DNA of 64,000 nucleotides from Acidobacteriaceae bacterium (GCA_003156805.1 PMHV01000006.1:84666-148665); one strand, 5' to 3'; counted from the stretch's first letter, positions 8,263 through 18,765 are shown. Notes: a model not told the origin generated them from the letters alone. Numbers and translations: made by a program.

Positions 8263-11142
8263 TTACGGGACCACGAGCGTGATGCTCGCCGGATGTGACA
8301 ATGGAATGAACGTTCCTCTCGCGGTTAGGGTGTAGGTTCCCGGAGCGGTCGAGCTGCCCACGGTGATCGTCACTGTCGCGCTACCCGCTGTCGTTCCGTT
8401 GAGGGTCACTGAGGTCGGGTTGACGGTGCAGGTTGTACCTTTTGGAGCCCCGGTGCAACTGAGGGCAATGGTTTGGTTGAAATCCGCAATGGGCGTGAGC
8501 TTTAGACTCACGGATCCGTTCGCACCCGGCGCGATCGTAATCTTCGTCGGCGTATCGGCAATGGTGAAATCCGGTCCCGATCCCGCCAAATTGATTGTCT
8601 GGGGACTGGTGGGCCCGTTGTCGGTAACCGTCAGGGTTGCGGTAGCTTGACCGTAAGCGGTGGGCGTGAAGGTGACGCTGACCTTGCAGACCGAATCCAC
8701 CCCCAGGTTCGTTGGCAAAGTGCCGCAGGTGTTGGTCTGGGCGAAGTTGCTCGGACTTGTTCCTCCGATACTGATGCCCGTTACATTCAGATCCACGCCG
8801 CCCGAACTGGTCAGAGTTGCGGTCTTCGCCGCGGTTGTCGTATTGAGCGGCGTATTTCCGAAATTCAGTGGCTGGGTTGGGAAGGTGGCAGCCGGAGTCA
8901 AGTGAACCAACCGGATGCGGTTGTTTCCACCGTCCGCGATGTACAGATTGCTCTGCCCGTCAACCAACAACCCGTAATTGGCGAGAGTCGCGTTGGTCGC
9001 CAGGCCGCCGTCGCCACCGAACCCGCCCACCAGCGCGTCCGCGGCTTGTCCCGCGACCGTTCCCCACGTGTAGGTGATGGAATCCACTCGCTGCACAACG
9101 TTGGCGTTGCCGCCGCCGATATAGACGTTATTCGAAGGATCGACCGCTACTTCGAGCGGGTCCCAATAGCTGCCCTGCAGAGCGGGTCCACCGTCTCCGC
9201 ACAGGCAGGTTTTTCCGTCGAGCGCGTACAAGCTGATGATGCCTTTCGCATTCACTTCGCGAATCCGGAAGTTCCACTGGTCTGCGATGTACACGTTCCC
9301 GAGGCCGTCCAATGCGATGCTGGAAGGGTGGTTCAACCCGGCTTTATTCGCGGGACCGCCATTACCGTTGTAGCCGGACTTGCCGACTCCAGCGAACGTG
9401 CTGATGAGCTGCGTAGAGCCGGCCACTTCGCGGATCTTGAAGGCATAGTAATCCGCAATGTAGATATCATCGCTGCCATCCACCGCCACCGTGAGGGGTG
9501 AAGTCAGGTTGGCGCTGGTCGCAGGGCCACCGTCGCCGCAAGCCGAAGTCGTCGGCGAGCAGGGATTGCCGTTGCCGGCAACGGTGGAGATGAAGCCGGT
9601 ACTCGCGGTCACTTCGCGCACCACCAGGTTTCCGTAATCGGCGATGAAGAGGTTTCCCGATCGATCTACCGCAACCGAAGTCGGTCCGTTCAGTGTAGCG
9701 CTCAATGCCGACGCGCCGTCGCCGCTATATCCTAAACTCCCCGTGCCCGCCACCGTGGTGACGGTTCCATTGGAGATTTTGCGGATCCGGTTATTGCCGG
9801 TGTCGGCGATGTAGAGGTTGCCTGTCGAATCTTCGGCGACGTTATAGGGCCCCGCGAGCGTCGCGCTGGTTGCCGCCGCGCCATCGCCGCCGCTTCCACC
9901 ACCCGCCAGGGTGGTAATCGTTCCAGCGGTCACAATGCGAACGCGCTGGTTGCCGCTGTCGGAGATCAGCACATTGTTGGCGCTGTCCACGGAAACGCCC
10001 ACCGGAAAATCCAGAATTGCGGCGGTTGCGCTGCCGGCATCGCCGCCGAAGCCCTGAGCTCCGGTGCCGGCGATCAGGTTCATAATGCCCGTGGTATCGA
10101 CCATGCGAATCTTATTGTCTTGCGTGTCGGCGATGTAGAGGTCGCCGCTGGAATCGAGGGCGACCAACTGCGGCCGGTGCAGATTGCCCAGCGTGGCCGG
10201 GTGACCATCGCCGCAGGAAGTCAAAGGATTGCGGCAGAATCCACCGTTGCCGGCAAACGGGTTGATAGTTCCCGCGGAAGAAACGATGCGCACGCGCTGG
10301 TCCGCAGTGTCGGAGACGTAAATGTTCCCCGCACCGTCTACCGCGACGCCCTCGGGGAAGTTCAGTTGCGCGGCAGTTGCCGCCGCGCCGTCACCGCAAG
10401 TGTTCGTAGGGTTGGCGCAAGTGGCTCCGCTGCCGGCTACGGTTGCAATGTCTCCAACTGGGATGCTTACTCCAGCGATGGTAATCGCGCTGGTCTGCAT
10501 GTTGACGACCCGGATCTTGTTATCGACGGCATCGGCGATGTAGACGTTTCCCACGCCGTCGACAGCTACCGCTTCCGGAAGATTCAACTGCGCCGAGGTG
10601 GCAGGGCCGCCGTCGCCGCAGGCGTTGGTGCCGATGTCACATTTTGTGCCGTTGCCGGCCACCGTCGTGATCATGCCGCTACCTGCGACGACTTCCCGTA
10701 CCCGCGAAGATCCGTAGTCCGCAATGAAAATATTGCCCTTGCCATCGATAGCAATGGCCGCCGGGCTCCCAAGCAACGACGCGCTCAGAGCGACGCCGTC
10801 GTTGAATCCGCCGTACCCCAGACCCGCATAATTGCTGAGCGTTCCGGCTGTGCTCAACTCGAACACAATGGCGGAATAAGGCGCGGCAATGTAGGTATTG
10901 AGCGCGGCATCTCTGACGGCGGAAGTTGGTCCAGGTATATCGGCACTGAGAGGCGCGCTTGGCGTCGCTCCTCCGCCCACCACCGTGCTGATGACGTTCT
11001 GGGCATGAGCAGCGGGCAATAGAGTCAGCCCGAGAGCAAGATTAGCGACCGCCACCAGGCACTTCGCGCGGATTGATTTCACAGACAACCTCCAAGAACT
11101 AGAATGCGGGAATAACACTTGCTGATTGCAAAATTCTTTCAA
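8263..11142 (-). CDS. Large secreted NHL-repeat beta-propeller protein with C-terminal Ig-like domains
   Basis: Signal peptide (…LTLLPAAHAQ). It has many repeats of the type G.GG.A..A.L..P.GVAVD..GN.YIAD..N.RIR.V (NHL-like). The C-terminal ~200 aa carry Ig-like patterns (C.V.VTFTP…ATLTVTD). Confidence 0.75.
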   Translation of the reverse strand: MKEFCNQQVLFPHSSSWRLSVKSIRAKCLVAVANLALGLTLLPAAHAQNVISTVVGGGATPSAPLSADIPGPTSAVRDAALNTYIAAPYSAIVFELSTAGTLSNYAGLGYGGFNDGVALSASLLGSPAAIAIDGKGNIFIADYGSSRVREVVAGSGMITTVAGNGTKCDIGTNACGDGGPATSAQLNLPEAVAVDGVGNVYIADAVDNKIRVVNMQTSAITIAGVSIPVGDIATVAGSGATCANPTNTCGDGAAATAAQLNFPEGVAVDGAGNIYVSDTADQRVRIVSSAGTINPFAGNGGFCRNPLTSCGDGHPATLGNLHRPQLVALDSSGDLYIADTQDNKIRMVDTTGIMNLIAGTGAQGFGGDAGSATAAILDFPVGVSVDSANNVLISDSGNQRVRIVTAGTITTLAGGGSGGDGAAATSATLAGPYNVAEDSTGNLYIADTGNNRIRKISNGTVTTVAGTGSLGYSGDGASALSATLNGPTSVAVDRSGNLFIADYGNLVVREVTASTGFISTVAGNGNPCSPTTSACGDGGPATSANLTSPLTVAVDGSDDIYIADYYAFKIREVAGSTQLISTFAGVGKSGYNGNGGPANKAGLNHPSSIALDGLGNVYIADQWNFRIREVNAKGIISLYALDGKTCLCGDGGPALQGSYWDPLEVAVDPSNNVYIGGGNANVVQRVDSITYTWGTVAGQAADALVGGFGGDGGLATNATLANYGLLVDGQSNLYIADGGNNRIRLVHLTPAATFPTQPLNFGNTPLNTTTAAKTATLTSSGGVDLNVTGISIGGTSPSNFAQTNTCGTLPTNLGVDSVCKVSVTFTPTAYGQATATLTVTDNGPTSPQTINLAGSGPDFTIADTPTKITIAPGANGSVSLKLTPIADFNQTIALSCTGAPKGTTCTVNPTSVTLNGTTAGSATVTITVGSSTAPGTYTLTARGTFIPLSHPASITLVVP

Positions 11143-11375
11143 CTGGCCGTTTTAGCGGCGGTGAGTGGGATTGCTGGATCAGGCTGAATCCCTGTCCCCA
11201 GATCGCCACCGAAGCCGCACGCCACAAAGAACGACGCCAACTGCAGTTGCAACTTAGGGAAGGAGTCCATCGCATTATGCAAAAGGCTTTTACTGCCGTC
11301 AAGATGAACGAAATTGCAACTGTATAGGCATTAGGGGCTTTCCTCTCCCGTCGATAGACCCATTTACGCCACTCT

Positions 11376-13922
11376 TCACAAAACAGTCTCGGTGAATACT
11401 GCCGCAGGCAATGTTCCCGTCGTAGCGTCGATCGTGACCTTGCCTGCCTGCCCAGGAGTCGTGTATTGCACGCTGGCTTGGCCGGTTCCGTTTGTGATCG
11501 CCGTAGTATTGGAGAACGTTCCCCCCGCGCCGTTGTCCGTGAATGTCACCGTCACATTGCCCACAGGGTTTCCGTATTGATCTTTCACGCTGACCCCCAG
11601 CGATTTCGGCAGCAGAGTGTTGGGATTTGCCGATTGATTGTTCCCTGACCCAACTATGATGGTCGCGGGATTTCCCGCCACCGCGTGTTCACTCACCGTC
11701 TTGATCACACTTCCATCTGCAGCAGTGATAGTGACGTAGCCCGCCTTGGTGGGCAGCGTGTACCCGACGGTTGCCCTGCCCAGAGAATCGGTGGTCACGG
11801 GGTTACTTGAAAAAATCCCGCCGGCCACGCTAGCGCTGAAGCTTACCTGAGCGCCGGTTACAGGATTGCCGTAAGCATCCGTTAGTTTGAAAACGATGCT
11901 GGCCGCGAGCGGAGTGCCAACCGTCCCGGTTTGCGTGCCTCCGGAAACCAGAGTCAAAGCCGAAGGGCTGCCAGCGACAACCGTTTCAGTGAAAGTGCCG
12001 GACGCATAGCCGGAACTGCTGGCAGTGACGGTGATTGCCGACGCTTTGAAGGTTTTGGGCAGGGTATAGTTCGTGCTCGCCTGACCCGCAGCGTTGGTAG
12101 TGGCGGTCGGCGGGTTGAAAGTTCCGCCCTTGCCCCCATCGCTGAAGGCAACCGGAACGCCCGCGAAGACTGCGCCCGAATACGGGCTGACGGCCTGGAT
12201 GGTCAAGGCAATCGGCAAGGTTGTTCCGGCGGCTCCCGTCTGTGTGTTTCCGGAAATCGGAGAAATCTGAGGAAGCAGTCCATAGATGGCCAGTTGCGTC
12301 TGTGTGCCAACAAAGACTTTTCCATCCGCAATCGTGGGAACCGCGAAATGGGCTGTCGTCCCCAGGGCATCGCGACTGCTCACCTGCTGGGTGTTGTAGA
12401 GTTCGGTCAGCTTGATCGCGTCAAAAGCGGAGAGCATGGCCGCAGAAGGCCCGGACTGGCGAACCAGCCAAGCCAATCCATTGGTGATTCCATTCGCGGA
12501 GATGCTCGGTGCCCCAATGGCGGAGAATGACTCGCTCTGGGCCACCGGTACAGTCGAAAGCACGCCCTCGTTGAGCGAGTATGATTTGATCGAGCTGTTT
12601 ACGGGAGCAAAATACACCAGGTTATTCCAATAGGCGGGTGTGCCATCGACTTCGTTGAGCACGTCCTGGAGCCATTGCGGAATATCGTTTGTGCTGGAGT
12701 TGAACTTTCCCATGTTGTCCCGGTTCACGAGATAGATGGTGCCGGTTTTGCCGGCGCCGATGGCGAGATCGGGATATTGGCCTCCCTGAGTCGGCAGTAT
12801 GACGACTCCGCCCGATCCCAGGTCAAGATCGTTTTCACCCATGTTGACTTCGTCGTACGGAGTAAAGTAGTCCGCCAGGCTCAATCCGCCTGAGCCCAGA
12901 GTGAGTTTCATAAAACTGTCGCCATAGTCGGAGCCGCCGGTGTTGGCATCGAAAATGCCGTTGGCGGTGATGAAGAAAACGTTGCCATCCTCGTCGGCGG
13001 CTAGTCCGGCTCCCCCCTGCCACACCGACCCTCCTCTGATTTGGTTGGGTGTGGTGTCGAAAACTCCGAGCTGAGTCAGAGTGGCGGCGCTGTAGGCGAA
13101 GACCCAGCCGGTTGTGTTGTCGCAGCCATTGGATCCAAAGCCGATATACACGTTTCCGTTGCTGAGCAACAGCCCGGGGCGCTGACAGGACAGCAAGGAA
13201 TTGAAATTCACCGTGCCCTTCGAGCCTTGCACCGAACCCGTGATCTGCACTGGGCCACCGAATTTTTCCAGGCCCGTGGTGATGTCCAGCGCATGCAGTC
13301 GATGAACGTAACTGGTAACTCCTGCGGTGGTCTCCTGCGTTTTCACATCCACATAAAGCGTGTTGGTGGTGGGGTCAATCACCGGCGTGCCTTGAATCCC
13401 CACTTCGGTATAACCAGTAACTGCTTTGCATCCCTGTACGCTGATGGGAACGGTCGTCACGCCATTCGCAGGATTGATGAAGCTCACCTGCCACAACGGA
13501 GCGGCACTGCCCGGATTGTCCGCGTCGAAGGCATACACACTATCGTGCTGATCGGCGACGAAAACCACATTGTGCAGATTCCCAGCGATCGTAACGTTGG
13601 GCATGTACAAGGGCTGCGCAACCACGTATCCGTCAACGCTGTAAGATCCCAGTTTCGCGAAAGCTGTGGAATTCACGTTGACGTTGTTGAGGAGCGTTTC
13701 GGCGGCGTTCTGGCCGTCTCGGCTAACGTCATTGCGGCTGGTCAGCACGCTGACTTGGCTTGGCAAAGGCATCACGGACAATCCGGCGCAGACACAGATC
13801 AGGAAGCTCAGTGCCGCGAAGCGGGCCCAGGCAGTTTTTCTGCCGCCGCGAGCAGCTTGATTCATTGGGGTTGGATCACAGGGGACGCTACGAATGCTCA
13901 TTAGATTGCTCTCCAAATTCAT
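11376..13922 (-). CDS. Secreted beta-propeller (PQQ-like) protein with C-terminal Big_1 (invasin/intimin-type) Ig domains
   Basis: 848-aa ORF with a hydrophobic signal region (FAALSFLICVCAGLSVMPLPSQ). It has a long N-terminal propeller-like region and 3-4 C-terminal repeats of the type G.PV.F…GG.F……T.A.GQASV.YT.P (Big_1-like). The exact start is uncertain (several in-frame Met). Confidence 0.6.
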   Translation of the reverse strand: MNLESNLMSIRSVPCDPTPMNQAARGGRKTAWARFAALSFLICVCAGLSVMPLPSQVSVLTSRNDVSRDGQNAAETLLNNVNVNSTAFAKLGSYSVDGYVVAQPLYMPNVTIAGNLHNVVFVADQHDSVYAFDADNPGSAAPLWQVSFINPANGVTTVPISVQGCKAVTGYTEVGIQGTPVIDPTTNTLYVDVKTQETTAGVTSYVHRLHALDITTGLEKFGGPVQITGSVQGSKGTVNFNSLLSCQRPGLLLSNGNVYIGFGSNGCDNTTGWVFAYSAATLTQLGVFDTTPNQIRGGSVWQGGAGLAADEDGNVFFITANGIFDANTGGSDYGDSFMKLTLGSGGLSLADYFTPYDEVNMGENDLDLGSGGVVILPTQGGQYPDLAIGAGKTGTIYLVNRDNMGKFNSSTNDIPQWLQDVLNEVDGTPAYWNNLVYFAPVNSSIKSYSLNEGVLSTVPVAQSESFSAIGAPSISANGITNGLAWLVRQSGPSAAMLSAFDAIKLTELYNTQQVSSRDALGTTAHFAVPTIADGKVFVGTQTQLAIYGLLPQISPISGNTQTGAAGTTLPIALTIQAVSPYSGAVFAGVPVAFSDGGKGGTFNPPTATTNAAGQASTNYTLPKTFKASAITVTASSSGYASGTFTETVVAGSPSALTLVSGGTQTGTVGTPLAASIVFKLTDAYGNPVTGAQVSFSASVAGGIFSSNPVTTDSLGRATVGYTLPTKAGYVTITAADGSVIKTVSEHAVAGNPATIIVGSGNNQSANPNTLLPKSLGVSVKDQYGNPVGNVTVTFTDNGAGGTFSNTTAITNGTGQASVQYTTPGQAGKVTIDATTGTLPAAVFTETVL

Positions 13923-14152
13923 TGCCTACCGGCGGCAGGGGCCGCACGAAAACGATTTGCGTTACGGTTGTATTTCTCCGTACAAATCCTGGATCGTCAG
14001 GGAAGAGACGCAATGTACTTTGACCCAGTCTACTCCGCCGTTTTGGTTTGAACATGGCACCCTTGTGCCACGTCTGCCGATCATTTCTTGCATCTGCCAC
14101 GGTTGGTCGAACGCCGTGCAGGCCGGCAAAAATGTAAGGACCGCGGACCGCT

Positions 14153-16576
14153 TCATTCCCCGGTCCCGGTCAGTTTCGCGCTTTGAGGGCTGGTCACGGC
14201 GCTATCGGTGATAGTTAAAGTCGCAACCCGCGTCCCCTTCGCGCTGGGGGTAAAAGTTACGTTGATGGTGCATGTCCCAGCCGCTGCGACGCTGGGCACG
14301 CAGTTATTCGTTTGGGAGAAGTCACCGCTGTCGGTTCCGACGATCCCCAGTGCGCTCACCGTGAGCGTGGTCTTCTGGTGGTTCGTCAGAGTAATGGTCT
14401 TCGTGCTGGGCGTGCCAAGCGCCACGGTGCCAAAACTCAGCGATGCCGGAGTGAGCACCACTGGCGCAGCCCCGGTTCCCTTCGCCGCGATGCTTTGCGG
14501 ACTGCCGACAGCACTGTCGCTGATGGTTACGGCGCCGGTGACGAGTCCCACCGTAGTAGGCGAGAACGTAACCGTAATCTGACATTTCGCACCCGCCGCA
14601 AGGGAAGTGCCGCAAGTATTGGTCTGGCTGAAAGGAGCCGTGGCGGCGACGCCGATATTGGTCAGCGGGACGATCTGATTGTTGGTTAATGTGACCGGGG
14701 GCGCGGTGCTGCTTCCTCCCAGCGCTACAGTGCCGAATGCAAGGCTGGTTGGCGAAAGGATCACCGGAACCACGCCCGTTCCAGTCAGGCTGATGGTCTG
14801 CGGGCTGTTGCCCGCACTGTCCGTCACGTTCAGCGTTGCCGTGCGTGCGCCTGCGGCCAGGGGCGAGAAAGTGACATTGATCGTGCAGATTTCACCCGCC
14901 GCCAGGGTGGGCGGGCAGTTGTTGACTTCGCCGAAATCGCCGCTGTCGGCCCCACTGAAGCTGACGCCGCTGATGCTGAGCGCGACGCTCTGGCCATTGC
15001 TCAGCGTCACCACCTGCGGCGAGCTCGTAGTGCCTACCACCTCGGTTCCAAAGGACAAGCCCGATGAGGGCAGAAGCGTCGCCGTCCCACAGGCCGGCAG
15101 CTGGAAGTTCGAGATGCGCGTGTGCCAATCCAGAGGCTGGCCTACGACTTGATTGGTCAGGAAGTACTCGTTGACATACCAAAAGGTGCAGCCGTTGACG
15201 GGATCGACCGTCATGCTCGTGTAGTCGCCCCAGGAGCCGGAGTCTTCCTCGTCCGCGCTCCCGTTGTACAGCGTGATCTCCGTGGGAGCCGGAGTGCTTC
15301 GCAGGTTCCACCACGAAGCGCGAATGCCGGGATGAGTCGACGCGCTCGATATGCTGTAGCCTACCGACGCTTCTCCACTGTTGTCTTGAGCGATGCTCGG
15401 CATGAAGCGGAACAGAGTGTTGTCGGGGTCGATGGTTCCATATTGATAAAGCTCCGGCGCACCGGCCCCGCGCAGTTCATACCAGCGAACTCCGGTCTGC
15501 TTGCTGGTTCCCGTACCCACCTGCACGGTGTGGCTGATGAGGAAAGATTCGTATGCGCCGAAATCGCGGTACGCGAAGCGGGGCATGAAACGGTCGCCCA
15601 CCGAGTCGATATGCACGCTGGTGGTTGCAGTCGAAGGCTCGGGGACGCACACGGTCTGCGGCGGAGAGGCGGCGTCGTAGCAGCCCGGGGTGTAAGACGC
15701 GACCGACGCTGTCGATTGAGTGAACGTTGTGTTAGCCGTATTCGACCAGTCCACGTGGAAATCCCATAAATTAAAGGAGGTGGAGGTCGTGGTTACGCCG
15801 TCATTTACGGGATTCTCGATGCTGACGAGGAATTCATCCCGTCCGGCAGGAGGCGCTGTCGTACCTTCGACGTCGGCCGGGATCAGGCTGTGAGCCAGGT
15901 ACATGCTTCCCGTAAGCGGATCGGGCTCGCGAAAGCATTGCGGCGGGTTGGGTGTTCCCCCGATGAGGATATTGGTGCGATCCAGAGCGCAAGCCAGGAT
16001 GCCGACTTCCCGATAGCTGTTGTTGACATCTTCCAGATCCATCGAAACGTAATACGCATCGCTCCAAGTGCCCAGTTTTGGCCAGTCCGGAAAATACACA
16101 TTGCCCGCGCTGTTTGTGCCGAGCAGAGTATTCAAAGGAAACGCGTAGGCGTACCAACTCAGCGAGGGCGACGTTAGATCATCGGTGTTGGACACCGCCA
16201 GGCAGTAGTAATAATCATTCTGCGTCGAATTGTGCGCGCCGATCACCCAGCGCGAAGCCAGCCGGTCGAAGAGAATCACACCATCTCCGCTAATATTCGA
16301 ACAGACCGAAAGCCCCGCATTTTTCCATGGTGTCACGCCGGATTGCGGAGTGCTCCAGACGGGAGCGAAAGTGACTTTGTCAAATCCTTGATAGGCGACG
16401 TCGACCCACTCCATGTACTGCTTGGTGCCCACCGCTCCGTTCGGATCGAAGTCGATCGGTGGCTTGGCGATTTGCGATGCGTCTATGCCCTCAAACGTGG
16501 TTACGGTTTGAGCCCGCAGAACGGATGAAGCCGAGGCGAACAAAACAAACAAGGCCAGGACTCTGAGCCTGATCAT
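14153..16576 (-). CDS. Secreted protein with an unrecognised ~480-aa N-terminal domain and four C-terminal ASH/choice-of-anchor-D-like Ig domains
   Basis: Signal peptide MIRLRVLALFVLFASASSVLRAQ. The C-terminus repeats the pattern LSFGTVALG…TLTN……FSQTNNC…L.AG..C.I.VTF.P…G…A.LTITDSA..SPQ…LTGTG four times. Confidence 0.65.
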   Translation of the reverse strand: MIRLRVLALFVLFASASSVLRAQTVTTFEGIDASQIAKPPIDFDPNGAVGTKQYMEWVDVAYQGFDKVTFAPVWSTPQSGVTPWKNAGLSVCSNISGDGVILFDRLASRWVIGAHNSTQNDYYYCLAVSNTDDLTSPSLSWYAYAFPLNTLLGTNSAGNVYFPDWPKLGTWSDAYYVSMDLEDVNNSYREVGILACALDRTNILIGGTPNPPQCFREPDPLTGSMYLAHSLIPADVEGTTAPPAGRDEFLVSIENPVNDGVTTTSTSFNLWDFHVDWSNTANTTFTQSTASVASYTPGCYDAASPPQTVCVPEPSTATTSVHIDSVGDRFMPRFAYRDFGAYESFLISHTVQVGTGTSKQTGVRWYELRGAGAPELYQYGTIDPDNTLFRFMPSIAQDNSGEASVGYSISSASTHPGIRASWWNLRSTPAPTEITLYNGSADEEDSGSWGDYTSMTVDPVNGCTFWYVNEYFLTNQVVGQPLDWHTRISNFQLPACGTATLLPSSGLSFGTEVVGTTSSPQVVTLSNGQSVALSISGVSFSGADSGDFGEVNNCPPTLAAGEICTINVTFSPLAAGARTATLNVTDSAGNSPQTISLTGTGVVPVILSPTSLAFGTVALGGSSTAPPVTLTNNQIVPLTNIGVAATAPFSQTNTCGTSLAAGAKCQITVTFSPTTVGLVTGAVTISDSAVGSPQSIAAKGTGAAPVVLTPASLSFGTVALGTPSTKTITLTNHQKTTLTVSALGIVGTDSGDFSQTNNCVPSVAAAGTCTINVTFTPSAKGTRVATLTITDSAVTSPQSAKLTGTGE

Positions 16577-16884
16577 AATTTGAAATCCTCAAGACGCCCT
16601 TTGGCGTCCGCAAGTCTTTGAGGAGGAGGGGTCTTGCTTTTGGATCCGTTGCTGCGTCGATCCAGTTGCAGCGCTAGATGTCAGTAGCAAATTTCTTGCA
16701 ATGTTCCGCCATCATAGCAGCATTGGCTCTGGCTTCCACGCGAAAAATGCGATTGTCTATGACACGATCGTGCTATGTGAAATTTCTTGCAAGGCCGAGG
16801 AGAAATGTTGCAAGAAATTGTAACTTTTGCATCCTAAACCCTGAAATTTCAGGCACGGAGCCGTCCCGATTTGAGAGTAACGCC

Positions 16885-18153
16885 CTACACGGTTACTTCC
16901 TGCGCGGGAATTCCCGCGGATTCCGGTCGAACCAGATTGCCGGGAGCGATCAGATCGAGTAAAGGCACTGCCATGAAAGTGGTCACGAGGGCCATCACGA
17001 CCATCATCGAGAACAGCGCCGGAGAGATGATTTTGATATCAAGTCCGATGTCGAGAATGACAAGTCCCATCAGCCCGCGCGTATTCATGAGCGTGCCGAG
17101 TCCGGCGGCTTCGCGCCACGGCATGCCTGTAGCGCGCGCTGCGGCCATGGAGCCGCCCAGCTTGCCAGCGGCCGCCACCGCAATGATCAGACCGCAGTAG
17201 AACCACATCGCCGGTCCTTTCATTAAACGAACGTTGGTGCGCAGGCCGGTAAAAGCGAAGAACAGCGGCAACAGCAAAGTGATGGTGATCGTTTCAAAGC
17301 GATCGAGAACGTAGCGTACGAACTTCGGTTCTTTGGGCATGATGGCGCCCATCAGGAAAGAGCCGAACAGCAAGTGAATTCCCAACCGCTCAGTGCACAG
17401 GGCGGAAGCCAGCGCCAACAACAGGAGGAAGGCCATCCGATTCTCACTGATCTCGCCGTACTTGCGAAAGGTACGCTCCAAGCCGCGCAACAGGAAGCGG
17501 ACGCCGTAGATCATGATCACCGCGAACAGGAGAATGCCGCCCAGAGTCACCCAAATGGAGGTGGTCCCATGAGCGGCGCGGATGAGCACGACAATGTAGG
17601 CCAGAATGCACCATCCGGTAACGTCGTCGACGGCGGCGCAAGCGATGGCCACGGTCCCGAGGCTACTCTTCATCATGTCGCGCTCGATGAGAATGCGGGC
17701 CAGCACGGGGAATGCGGTCACACTCATGGCTGCGCCCATAAACAGTGCGAAGTTGGTGAACGAAACGCTATCGTCGGAAAGCCTTGGGTACAAGTAAAGA
17801 GCGAGAAGAGAAGCCAATACAAAGGGCGCCGTGATACTGACGTGGCTGACCAGGACGGCTGAGTGGCTTTGGTGCTTGAGTTCCTTGGGATCAATCCCCA
17901 GGCCCACCAGGAACATGAAGATCACTACGCCTACCTGGCTCAACGCATTGAGAAATCCCAGGCTCGAGGGCGGGAATAGATAGGCGGAGAACTGAGGAGC
18001 AACCCAACCCAGTAGCGAGGGCCCGAGCAAGATGCCGGCGAACATCTCCCCCACCACGCGCGGCTGGTGAAACCTGCGAAACAGACTGCCCATGAGGCGG
18101 CACACGGCGAGAATGACCGTGATCTGGAGAACCAGCGTGAAGAGGTTCGGCAC
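16885..18153 (-). CDS. Cation:proton antiporter (CPA2 / Kef-NapA type)
   Basis: 422 aa with about 12 predicted TM segments. The N-terminus …ILAVCRLMGSLFRRFHQPRVVGEMFAGILLGPSLLGW is typical of Na+/H+ exchanger family proteins. Confidence 0.8.
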   Translation of the reverse strand: MPNLFTLVLQITVILAVCRLMGSLFRRFHQPRVVGEMFAGILLGPSLLGWVAPQFSAYLFPPSSLGFLNALSQVGVVIFMFLVGLGIDPKELKHQSHSAVLVSHVSITAPFVLASLLALYLYPRLSDDSVSFTNFALFMGAAMSVTAFPVLARILIERDMMKSSLGTVAIACAAVDDVTGWCILAYIVVLIRAAHGTTSIWVTLGGILLFAVIMIYGVRFLLRGLERTFRKYGEISENRMAFLLLLALASALCTERLGIHLLFGSFLMGAIMPKEPKFVRYVLDRFETITITLLLPLFFAFTGLRTNVRLMKGPAMWFYCGLIIAVAAAGKLGGSMAAARATGMPWREAAGLGTLMNTRGLMGLVILDIGLDIKIISPALFSMMVVMALVTTFMAVPLLDLIAPGNLVRPESAGIPAQEVTV

Positions 18154-18650
18154 TAGCGGCCTCCCTTGGACGTGGCCGGAGCCTGGCGCTTAGCCTCGAA
18201 TTCCACGGAAGTGCAAGTTGGACAATTCGTTGCCGAGAGCGCGCCCAGCAGCGACTCCGGATCTGCTTGTCGGTCGACGGTGGCCAGCAAAGAAAACTGG
18301 CCGGCGCAGCCGGTCTGGGAAGACGATTCGGGCGGCGAAGTGAGAGACGCTCGGAGTGTGATCCCGTCCAGCGTGCCGGAGGCTGTGACGGTTGGGGCGC
18401 CGGGAAAACTGAGTACGAAACTCCTGCCGGACTGTGAAATCGAGATTGCCTTATCGGGGATCGCCGCGAGAACCTTGCCGCAGGGCAGGGAATCGAGTTG
18501 CGCGGAATCGACCCGCAGACTCCAAACGCCGTCGATCGAAACCGGCGCTGTCAATTTGCGCCCGCCCCTGAGAATTCCCGCCAATCCTACCAGGGGTAGG
18601 ATCACCAGAAAGACGTAGACGAGAACGAAATTTCTGTTGGTCCCGGACAT
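18153..18650 (-). CDS. Hypothetical membrane-anchored protein, coupled to the antiporter gene
   Basis: 165-aa ORF with an N-terminal TM segment (FVLVYVFLVILPLVGLAGIL). Its stop overlaps the antiporter start by 1 nt. No family was recognised. Confidence 0.45.
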   Translation of the reverse strand: MSGTNRNFVLVYVFLVILPLVGLAGILRGGRKLTAPVSIDGVWSLRVDSAQLDSLPCGKVLAAIPDKAISISQSGRSFVLSFPGAPTVTASGTLDGITLRASLTSPPESSSQTGCAGQFSLLATVDRQADPESLLGALSATNCPTCTSVEFEAKRQAPATSKGGR

Positions 18651-18729
18651 TCGCGCTGGGTGTGCCTCCCGAGCGGAGCGTTTTCACCATGGGCGATCAA
18701 GCAGCCAGCATGGTGGTCAATAATAATAC

Positions 18730-18765
18730 AGGGAATCCCCGCTTCGTCTAGTTGGGGGATTCCCT
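18730..18765 (-). terminator. Hairpin terminator downstream of the halogenase-like gene pair
   Basis: 11-bp perfect stem AGGGAATCCCC / GGGGATTCCCT with a 14-nt loop. On the minus strand it is followed by a T-rich tract (GTATTATTATTG), 47 nt after the stop at 18812. Confidence 0.55.

Noticed and set aside
14055-14070. TGGCACCCTTGTGCCA, examined as a sigma-54 (-24/-12) promoter
   Set aside because: The GG-to-GC spacing is one nucleotide short of the invariant spacing. It is a simple palindrome, so it is more likely a hairpin or a dimer binding site.
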